Below, one piece after another: positions 1 to 4,170 of a stretch of DNA of 5,412 nucleotides. A program made the translations under genes and the position numbers. The first letter of the stretch is position 1; each line of letters starts with the position of its first letter. Origin of the DNA: a virus (taxonomy: Duplodnaviria > Heunggongvirae > Uroviricota > Caudoviricetes); the IMG/VR virus record IMGVR_UViG_2703718819_000016, one strand, 5' to 3'. The notes under the pieces were generated by a model. That model saw only the letters and a program-made list of their open reading frames with translations. It was not told the DNA's origin and searched no databases.

Positions 1-642
1 CGCTTCCACGGCGTTATTGATTACGCGCTTGCTGAAAGTGGCCCTGTGCTCTGAATAGATCGCCACCATTTCGCGGCTAAGTTCCATTGTGCTGACCGGA
101 CACCATACCCCGCCGCGCCATACGTGAACGATTTCACTTTCAGGATGTACGCAAACGCCATCAAAGCGATCGGCAAGCAGCTGCGCGCGCTCACTGTCCG
201 CCATCTGCGAAAGTTGCACCTTTTGCTTTACCGGAAGCTCAATGACCAGACCATCAGAAAGATTCTGGCGCTCACGGGCCAGATATTCGCGCCAGTTCTC
301 CACCTTCTGACCGTGCATACCATCAGGGTAAAAATTTGCATCCTGTACGCCTGCCGCCGCCAGCTTCTGGCCAATCGCCTTTATCATTACTGGCGCAAGA
401 TATCCGGCCCTGAATATGCGCACGGATTTTCTGCCTTCCGGCACAATTTGCAGCTTATCCAGTTCTGATAACTGCTGCTCCCCAAGCCACACAGGAGGCT
501 CATTATCTCCGGCCATACGCGCATCATGTTCCTGCCATTGTTTCGCGTGTGCCCAGGCATCACTACCCGCAAAAATAATGACTTCTGTTCCTTTGTGTTT
601 TATGCCGCGTGACTGCTGTTTTACGTTCGGTGCCAGTTTCAT
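1..642 (-). CDS. Putative replication protein (primase-like, in the position of P4 alpha); N-terminal 214 codons only, 3' end lies beyond the window start
   Basis: Minus-strand frame is open from ATG at 642-640 to position 1 with no stop (MKLAPNVKQQSRGIKHKGTEVIIFAGSDAWAHAKQW...). SD AGGGG lies 6 nt upstream inside the preceding gene, and the ATG overlaps that gene's TGA (ATGA). Absent from the ORF track because it has no stop in the window. The function is inferred from position at the end of the early operon, not from a recognised catalytic motif. Confidence 0.6.
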   Translation of the reverse strand, partial: MKLAPNVKQQSRGIKHKGTEVIIFAGSDAWAHAKQWQEHDARMAGDNEPPVWLGEQQLSELDKLQIVPEGRKSVRIFRAGYLAPVMIKAIGQKLAAAGVQDANFYPDGMHGQKVENWREYLARERQNLSDGLVIELPVKQKVQLSQMADSERAQLLADRFDGVCVHPESEIVHVWRGGVWCPVSTMELSREMVAIYSEHRATFSKRVINNAVEA

Positions 643-938
643 TTTTTACCCCTGAATCCGTTAATCATGGTTTTCAGCTTCTGGATGTTTGCCCGTGCCC
701 TGGCGTTGCTGGTGGGCACGTTATGCGGCGCGGTCTGTACCAGAGAAAAATCACGCCGGAACTGATAAACAGGCATCACGCAATCATATTCGTAACCTTC
801 ACGGCGGTAAGTTACGCACCGTCCCGCCACGCCCTTAATCATTACCGTGCCGCCGTACTGGTCGCGGTAAATATCACCGCGCGTAAATTTAGGGTGAGTG
901 TTGCCACTGGCAGTTAAGCCAGAATATTTAAGTTTCAT
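639..938 (-). CDS. Hypothetical small protein (99 aa), translationally coupled to the downstream replication gene
   Basis: ATG at 938-936 with GGAG upstream. Its last codons (AGG GGT AAA AAA TGA) supply the SD and overlap the start of the next gene. The overlapping frames are antisense. Confidence 0.6.
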   Translation of the reverse strand: MKLKYSGLTASGNTHPKFTRGDIYRDQYGGTVMIKGVAGRCVTYRREGYEYDCVMPVYQFRRDFSLVQTAPHNVPTSNARARANIQKLKTMINGFRGKK

Positions 939-943
939 TATTT

Positions 944-1177
944 TTATTCTCCGGTGTGGGGCGCTTTATACTGGTCGTGTAATGTCTCTATTTCCTGCAA
1001 CTCATTTATTACAGGCTCAAGAAGCGTTATTAATGCCGTGGCAATTCTTGATTTTTGTTTGTCGCGTTCATTGTCGCCAAGTGTTTCAAGCCATATGCGC
1101 AATATTTCCATCATATTTTCACTGTGAGAAAGTGCAAGAAATGCGCGGTCTATTGTTTCAAGATAAATATCACGCAT
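944..1177 (-). CDS. Hypothetical small protein (77 aa), predicted helical
   Basis: ATG at 1177-1175 preceded by GGGGA; it lies 1 nt after the upstream gene's TAA. The sequence is charged and helical-looking (MRDIYLETIDRAFLALSHSENMMEILRIWLETL...). Confidence 0.6.
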   Translation of the reverse strand: MRDIYLETIDRAFLALSHSENMMEILRIWLETLGDNERDKQKSRIATALITLLEPVINELQEIETLHDQYKAPHTGE

Positions 1178-1178
1178 A

Positions 1179-1400
1179 TTAATCCCCGTCCGTTGTTTTT
1201 CTTAAAACAGCTTCTGTCACGAAATCAGCATAGTTAGCGGCAATATCAAGAATATTTAGCCCTGTATCTCTGTGCTCATCAGTGCAAAGAAAGAAAAAAG
1301 CCACCCGCATAATTTCAGATATTGACGAAAGCGCATCAGCCGCATCATCAGGAACGCCGGAAAATTCTTGTTTCAGGGAATTAAAACGATCATCACGCAT
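1179..1400 (-). CDS. Hypothetical small protein (73 aa); start trimmed from track ORF 1179..1448 to the ATG at 1400-1398
   Basis: The ATG at 1400-1398 is preceded by a G8 tract that can act as SD, and it overlaps the upstream gene's stop (ATGCGTGA), the same geometry as the 2064-2071 junction. The product MRDDRFNSLKQEFSGVPDDAADALSSI... weakly resembles the upstream 73-aa protein. Confidence 0.5.
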   Translation of the reverse strand: MRDDRFNSLKQEFSGVPDDAADALSSISEIMRVAFFFLCTDEHRDTGLNILDIAANYADFVTEAVLRKTTDGD

Positions 1401-1614
1401 AACCCCCCCCATTTTCACAATCAGCAACAAGAATATTTTTAGCGTCATTCAGCGACCGCGTTGCGATGTATCGGATACATTCCAGGGCGAACTGTGTCCG
1501 GTCTTTCTGTTCTTCTCCCTGCGCAAGCTCTGCAGTGCATTCAATATCGATAAGCGCGTGCATCAGCGTAGTGAGCGCGGCGGCTGCTGCGTCCGGTGTG
1601 GTTTTATTGTGCAT
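1393..1614 (-). CDS. Hypothetical small protein (73 aa); start trimmed from track ORF 1393..1644 to the ATG at 1614-1612
   Basis: ATG at 1614-1612 has a strong SD (AGGGGGA, 6-nt spacing) embedded in the last codons of the upstream gene. The frame ends at TGA 1393-1395, just after the G8 tract. Confidence 0.55.
   Translation of the reverse strand: MHNKTTPDAAAAALTTLMHALIDIECTAELAQGEEQKDRTQFALECIRYIATRSLNDAKNILVADCENGGGYA
1403..1410 (-). repeat. Homopolymer tract: C8 on plus strand, G8 in the minus-strand mRNA, at the junction of two overlapping small genes
   Basis: Direct reading: aaCCCCCCCCatt at 1401-1413. Confidence 0.9.
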
Positions 1615-2071
1615 AGGTTTCCCCCTGACGAATACGGGCGACAAAAATCAGATGTGCGTGCGGCAGCTGCGCGCGTGCTTCGCGCTCAGTGGCAGCCGTG
1701 ACGGTGTAAATATCAATGCTGCTGTGGTGGCACTGCATAAAGCGCCAGACAAAGTAAGGGCGTGCGGATACGGCCATGTGAAAGGCTCCCAGATGAATTT
1801 TAAGGAGTCTCGCTACTACGCTGTCAAACATGGTGGCGAGACGTAACAGGGTTGACAGACTGGTCATCTGGAAACCAGCGAGCACAAAGGCTCCCCCGTT
1901 ACGCCCCGCCATAATGCGGGTATGGGTAGGTTTACGGACACAAAAAAACCGCTTATCGGATGTGGGCGGCTGTCCGCCAGATGTATTCAGGCTGTCAAAC
2001 CCGGTCGCCATGTGGGCGACGGGGGAAGCATACAGCCCCGTGATAATTTTTTGCAAGCGGTTTTTACGCAT
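1604..2071 (-). CDS. Two-part protein (155 aa): unique N-terminal ~100 aa fused in frame to a C-terminal ~55-aa domain paralogous to the 65-aa protein upstream (FVWRF...TEREAR...ARIRQG); possibly Ash-like plus Icd-like
   Basis: ATG at 2071-2069 with SD AGGGG; track ORF 1604..2113 trimmed to this start. The C-terminus PYFVWRFMQ...TVTAATEREARAQLP...LIFVARIRQG aligns with 2064..2261. An internal ATG (MAVSARPY) retains a GGGAGCC SD homologous to the RBS of 2064..2261. The family names are from memory and unverified. Confidence 0.6.
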   Translation of the reverse strand: MRKNRLQKIITGLYASPVAHMATGFDSLNTSGGQPPTSDKRFFCVRKPTHTRIMAGRNGGAFVLAGFQMTSLSTLLRLATMFDSVVARLLKIHLGAFHMAVSARPYFVWRFMQCHHSSIDIYTVTAATEREARAQLPHAHLIFVARIRQGETYAQ

Positions 2072-2261
2072 GATGTGACCCCTGGCGAATACGGGCGGCA
2101 AATACAGCAACACAACCGGACGGGCAACGGTTACGCGCTTCGCGTTCCGTCCAGGCGGTTACGTGGATGATTTGAGATTCTCCGGCACTCAGTGCCAGAA
2201 AACGCCACACAAAGGCCGTTTGTGTGTGTACAAGGTGTGGTATATGATTTACAGCAACCAT
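2064..2261 (-). CDS. Small protein (65 aa) with FVWRF...TEREAR...ARIRQG motifs; first gene of the leftward early operon; possibly Icd-like
   Basis: ATG at 2261-2259 with strong SD (AGGAG, 6-nt spacing). It is the paralogue of the C-terminus of 1604..2071 and its stop overlaps the next start (ATGCGTAA). The Icd-like call is from memory and needs a database check. Confidence 0.65.
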   Translation of the reverse strand: MVAVNHIPHLVHTQTAFVWRFLALSAGESQIIHVTAWTEREARNRCPSGCVAVFAARIRQGSHHA

Positions 2262-2330
2262 AACGGCTCCTAGTTTACGTTGTTGGTTAGAAGCCCCGTT
2301 ACTGCTCCTACAGTGCGGGGTTTCGTCGTT
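2217..2330. repeat. Copy 1 of a ~115-bp diverged direct repeat covering the leader, RBS and first ~15 codons of the leftward operon
   Basis: Shares cgtttgtgtgtgta (2217-2230), ccataa and ttggttagaagccc (2283-2296), followed by a GC hairpin, with 2963..3080 in the same order and orientation. Confidence 0.7.
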
Positions 2331-2350
2331 TCTACACCTTGCCTTAATAA

Positions 2351-2404
2351 GGTGTTGAACACCAATTTAAATCGAGGTGTTAAACACGTCAAGTGTTGAA
2401 CACT
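2351..2404. promoter_or_regulatory. Three palindromic operator-like sites (GGTGTTGAACACC 2351-2363, GGTGTTAAACAC 2376-2387, AGTGTTGAACACT 2392-2404) overlapping divergent promoters
   Basis: Three copies of the inverted repeat GTGTT-N-AACAC lie between the leftward operon (start 2261) and the rightward RHH gene (start 2454). Candidate leftward promoter: -35 TTGACG (2392-2387), 17-bp spacer, -10 TAAATT (2369-2364). Candidate rightward promoter: -35 TTGAAC (2396-2401), -10 CATACT (2419-2424). Confidence 0.6.
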
Positions 2405-2453
2405 TATTTTTTTTCCTGCATACTGCATTTGTTTTTTATGAGGGGTGCTCAAC

Positions 2454-2633
2454 ATGGCGACAAAAGCAGTAAACGCAAAATCACAAACAGTTGCGGCAAG
2501 GGTTCCACATGAAGTTATGAACAATGTTGAGGCGGTAAAAATGCCCGGCGAAAGTACAGGGCAGTTTGTTACAGCTGCATTAAAGCGGGAAGTTGAATAC
2601 CGCCAGCGCCGCAAGACCAAAGAATCAGAATAA
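2454..2633 (+). CDS. Arc/Mnt-type ribbon-helix-helix DNA-binding protein (59 aa), candidate repressor of the adjacent operator cluster
   Basis: ATG at 2454 with SD GAGGGG 8 nt upstream (the track's GTG at 2445 sits inside the SD). The RHH pattern is QTVAARVPHEVMNNVEAVKMPGESTGQFVTAALKREV (beta strand, helix, G-x-S turn, helix). It is divergent from the operator-containing promoter region. Confidence 0.6.
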   Translation: MATKAVNAKSQTVAARVPHEVMNNVEAVKMPGESTGQFVTAALKREVEYRQRRKTKESE

Positions 2634-2690
2634 TCACCATCAGCGCCGTGGTGTGAGGAACTCCGGCGCATTGCTTTACAGGGCAGTACC

Positions 2691-2918
2691 ATGACCAACA
2701 ACACACTATCACCAATACAAGACACGCAGACGCAAGATGATGAAATCATCCGGCAAAGGCAGTCAGAAGCCTGCGCCAGACTTGAGGAAGAACTAACCAG
2801 AACAAAAATACCACCACCAGCGCCGCGCTTAGTGCCACCAGAAAAATTTGCCCTTGAAGATTTTGTCGATAAATACCCACGGCGGCTTAAATCCGGCAAA
2901 AACCGACCGCCAGGATGA
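2691..2918 (+). CDS. Hypothetical protein (75 aa): acidic, helical N-terminal half and proline-rich C-terminal half
   Basis: ATG at 2691 with a weak SD (AGGG, 8 nt). It follows the RHH gene after a 57-bp gap containing a GC hairpin (2643-2669). No recognisable domain; it uses several rare codons (AGG, AGA, CTA, ATA). Confidence 0.35.
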   Translation: MTNNTLSPIQDTQTQDDEIIRQRQSEACARLEEELTRTKIPPPAPRLVPPEKFALEDFVDKYPRRLKSGKNRPPG

Positions 2919-2962
2919 GTGCACAAAACCGAACTCTGAAACGGATTATTCCGTTTCCGGGG

Positions 2963-3080
2963 CGTTTGTGTGTGTATAAAGAGTAAGCTATGCTCTTTTA
3001 TAGCCATAATCTTTACCTCAATTAATGGTTTGGTTAGAAGCCCGTTGGTGTTCATAGCGCCGGCGGGCTTTGCTTTTTGT
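2963..3080. repeat. Copy 2 of the ~115-bp diverged direct repeat; carries a relic start (ATG 3007-3005, MAIKEHSLLFIHTQT) homologous to the N-terminus of 2064..2261
   Basis: cgtttgtgtgtgta at 2963-2976 and ttggttagaagccc at 3030-3043. The minus-strand translation from 3007 gives MAIKEHSLLFIHTQT, against MVAVNHIPHLVHTQT for the intact gene; similarity is lost beyond ~2960. Confidence 0.65.
3038..3080 (+). terminator. Hairpin (stems 3038-3044 / 3064-3070) followed by a T-rich tract; possible intrinsic terminator for the upstream plus-strand genes
   Basis: aagcccg...cgggctt stem with a 19-nt loop, then tgctttttgt. The T-run is interrupted, so strength is uncertain. Confidence 0.4.
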
Positions 3081-3089
3081 GTTGATTGT

Positions 3090-3123
3090 ATGTAATGTGT
3101 CACCACACATAAATACATTACAT
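3090..3123. promoter_or_regulatory. 9-bp inverted repeat ATGTAATGT (3090-3098) / ACATTACAT (3115-3123) flanking TGTGTCACCACACA; candidate operator of the second RHH gene
   Basis: A perfect 9-bp inverted repeat with a 16-bp spacer lies immediately upstream of the SD and start of 3138..3317. Confidence 0.5.
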
Positions 3124-3137
3124 GAGGTGTAATTAAC

Positions 3138-3317
3138 GTGTCAACACACAAAAACGAAAGGCGTGGTAATCCTCCGTTCCAGTTCCGTTTAGATCCTGAC
3201 TTACGGGAAAAGATGGAAAAGGCACAACAACATGACGGCGATGATTCTCTTGCTGCCTGGATAAAGCGAATAATCCGCAAAGAATTACAGCAACGCGGCA
3301 TAGAACCCAAAGGGTAA
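3138..3317 (+). CDS. Arc/Mnt-type ribbon-helix-helix repressor-like protein (59 aa, GTG start)
   Basis: GTG at 3138 with SD GAGGTG 7 nt upstream. PPFQFRLDPDLREKMEKAQQHDGDDSLAAWIKRIIRKEL closely follows the Arc/Mnt pattern (P-x-F-x-F-R...L-R-E-K...G-x-S...I). The translation-initiation region is homologous to that of 2454..2633. Not in the ORF track, probably because it is below the length cut-off. Confidence 0.55.
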   Translation: MSTHKNERRGNPPFQFRLDPDLREKMEKAQQHDGDDSLAAWIKRIIRKELQQRGIEPKG

Positions 3318-3412
3318 TTACATTGCCCACCAGCCTGATAGCGGCTATCATTCCCGTGCTTATGTTTGGGATCACATACACATAAGGCGCAGCAGGTTAA
3401 TTGTTCACAAGG

Positions 3413-3440
3413 GCGTTCCGGCAACGGGGCGCTTTTTGTT
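3413..3440 (+). terminator. Intrinsic terminator-like hairpin (gcgttccg-gcaa-cggggcgc) followed by TTTTTGTT
   Basis: 8-bp stem with two G-T wobble pairs and a 4-nt loop, then a T-run. It lies ~95 bp downstream of the 3138..3317 stop and between the convergent genes 3138..3317 and alpA. Confidence 0.5.
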
Positions 3441-3467
3441 ATGTTCATCGTGTTATGCCTCACACCA

Positions 3468-3674
3468 TTACGCAGCCGTTCCGCGTGCTTCCTGCTCACG
3501 TTCTTTCATCCATGCGATTACGTCTTCCTCATACCATCCGCGACGGCGTAAACCAACGCGAAAACCCTGCGGAAATTCTCCGGCGTTGATCATGCTTTGA
3601 AGCGTGCTGTCTGCCTTGATGTGGATAAGTTTTTTTACTTCCTGGCGAAAGATGACTTTTTTGATTGCTTCCAT
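3468..3674 (-). CDS. alpA: AlpA-family phage regulatory protein (helix-turn-helix; excision and transcription regulator)
   Basis: 68 aa, IFRQEVKKLIHIKADSTLQSMINAGEFPQGFRVGLRRRGWYEEDVIAWMKERE, matches the AlpA/Vis family pattern (E-V...S-x-x-T-I-x-x-x-I-x-x-G-x-F-P...W-x-x-x-E-V-x-x-W). ATG at 3674-3672 with SD AAGGT. Typical position downstream of a P4-type integrase. Confidence 0.85.
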   Translation of the reverse strand: MEAIKKVIFRQEVKKLIHIKADSTLQSMINAGEFPQGFRVGLRRRGWYEEDVIAWMKEREQEARGTAA

Positions 3675-3691
3675 CGTGATTTACCTTGTGA

Positions 3692-3780
3692 ATCCGGTGT
3701 ATTCCGGTGACAAATACGGTAAATCATCGGATACGGGTAAAAACAGTTCCCACCGTTTTTAAACTGTTAGAACCGTTTTT
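3692..3780. promoter_or_regulatory. Cluster of tandem direct repeats upstream of alpA: (A/T)TCCGGTG x2 (3692-3709), ATACGG(G)TAAA x2 (3714-3743), AAC(A/T)GTT-N3-ACCGTTTTT x2 (3742-3780)
   Basis: Three pairs of direct repeats with ~10- or ~20-bp periodicity, read directly in the alpA 5' region; candidate protein-binding sites. Confidence 0.5.
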
Positions 3781-3807
3781 TATGTTGGTGATTTGAAAGG
3801 GATTTAT

Positions 3808-3830
3808 AAAAAAAGCGGCATTTCTGCCGC
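3808..3830 (-). terminator. Strong rho-independent terminator (minus-strand RNA: GCGGCA-GAAA-UGCCGC followed by U7)
   Basis: Perfect 6-bp GC stem with a GAAA tetraloop and a 7-U run on the minus strand, 12 nt downstream of the 3842 stop. Only 3 T follow on the plus strand. Confidence 0.85.
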
Positions 3831-3841
3831 TTTGAGGATTG

Positions 3842-4093
3842 TTACCGCCATTTTTTTGGCCTGCCTCCGGTCTTCATGGTTGCCGGACGAACTACCCTGT
3901 CGATACTTTCAGCCATATTCCTGGATGCCCCACGGGATACCAGGAAATCTACTACCTGTTTTTTTGATGGGGCCGTCGTTCTGTCCTCCGGATCGTAGGT
4001 TGACCAAAATTCATGCTGAACCATCAGGGCCAGTTGCAGCCCGTCGCAATTGCATCTGAAATTTTTTTGCATCTTAACGGTTTCATGTTTCAC
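3842..4093 (-). CDS. Hypothetical small protein (83 aa from GTG 4093, or 76 aa from ATG 4072); basic C-terminus with an AT-hook-like GGRPKK
   Basis: Minus-strand ORF between the integrase stop and the terminator at 3808-3830. Protein-like composition (…KKQVVDFLVSRGASRNMAESIDRVVRPATMKTGGRPKKWR). Weak SD at either start. Preferred over the overlapping plus-strand ORF 3793..4059, which is Pro/Cys-rich and has no terminator. Confidence 0.45.
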   Translation of the reverse strand: MKHETVKMQKNFRCNCDGLQLALMVQHEFWSTYDPEDRTTAPSKKQVVDFLVSRGASRNMAESIDRVVRPATMKTGGRPKKWR

Positions 4094-4170
4094 GGCCTTG
4101 TCGTTAAATTTGATGCAATTATACGACGGTTTTACATGGTTTTCGTAGTTTTTACTGGTTTTCTGTACAG

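Noticed and set aside
124-468. 114-aa plus-strand ORF
   Set aside because: Fully antisense to the open 214-codon replication gene, which has a good SD and start and is coupled to the upstream gene; junk-like composition.
1179-1644. Frameshifted pseudogene interpretation for the two 73-aa genes
   Set aside because: The junction geometry (ATGCGTGA overlap with a G-rich SD) matches the other coupled junctions in the operon, so two intact genes is the simpler reading. The slippage possibility is kept as a finding rather than a pseudogene call.
1282-2170. Plus-strand ORFs 1282..1701, 1466..1846, 1830..2078 and 1922..2170
   Set aside because: All are antisense to the tightly packed minus-strand operon, lack SDs, and have Ala/Arg/Cys-rich composition typical of antisense frames.
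2454-2918. Type II toxin-antitoxin pair (RHH antitoxin plus downstream toxin)
   Set aside because: The downstream 75-aa protein has no recognisable toxin fold (no RelE/ParE, PIN or CcdB features), and the RHH gene sits at a three-operator divergent switch, which fits a repressor role better.
3133-3381. 82-aa minus-strand hydrophobic ORF
   Set aside because: Antisense to the Arc/Mnt-like gene 3138..3317 and spans its operator and terminator; no SD.
2270-3499. 409-aa minus-strand ORF, the longest ORF in the track
   Set aside because: It begins at GTG without an SD, overlaps the 3' end of alpA, and is Cys/Ser/Arg-rich and low-complexity. It runs antisense to three plus-strand genes that have SDs, RHH motifs, operators and terminators. 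Only its short internal stretch at 3007-2963 (MAIKEHSLLFIHTQT) appears meaningful, as a gene relic. It is unusually long for a chance ORF, so it is worth a transcript or Ribo-seq check.
3793-4059. 88-aa plus-strand ORF overlapping the small minus-strand gene
   Set aside because: Pro/Cys-rich and implausible composition, no SD, and the strong terminator at 3808-3830 serves the minus strand. The minus-strand ORF is preferred, though neither is certain.
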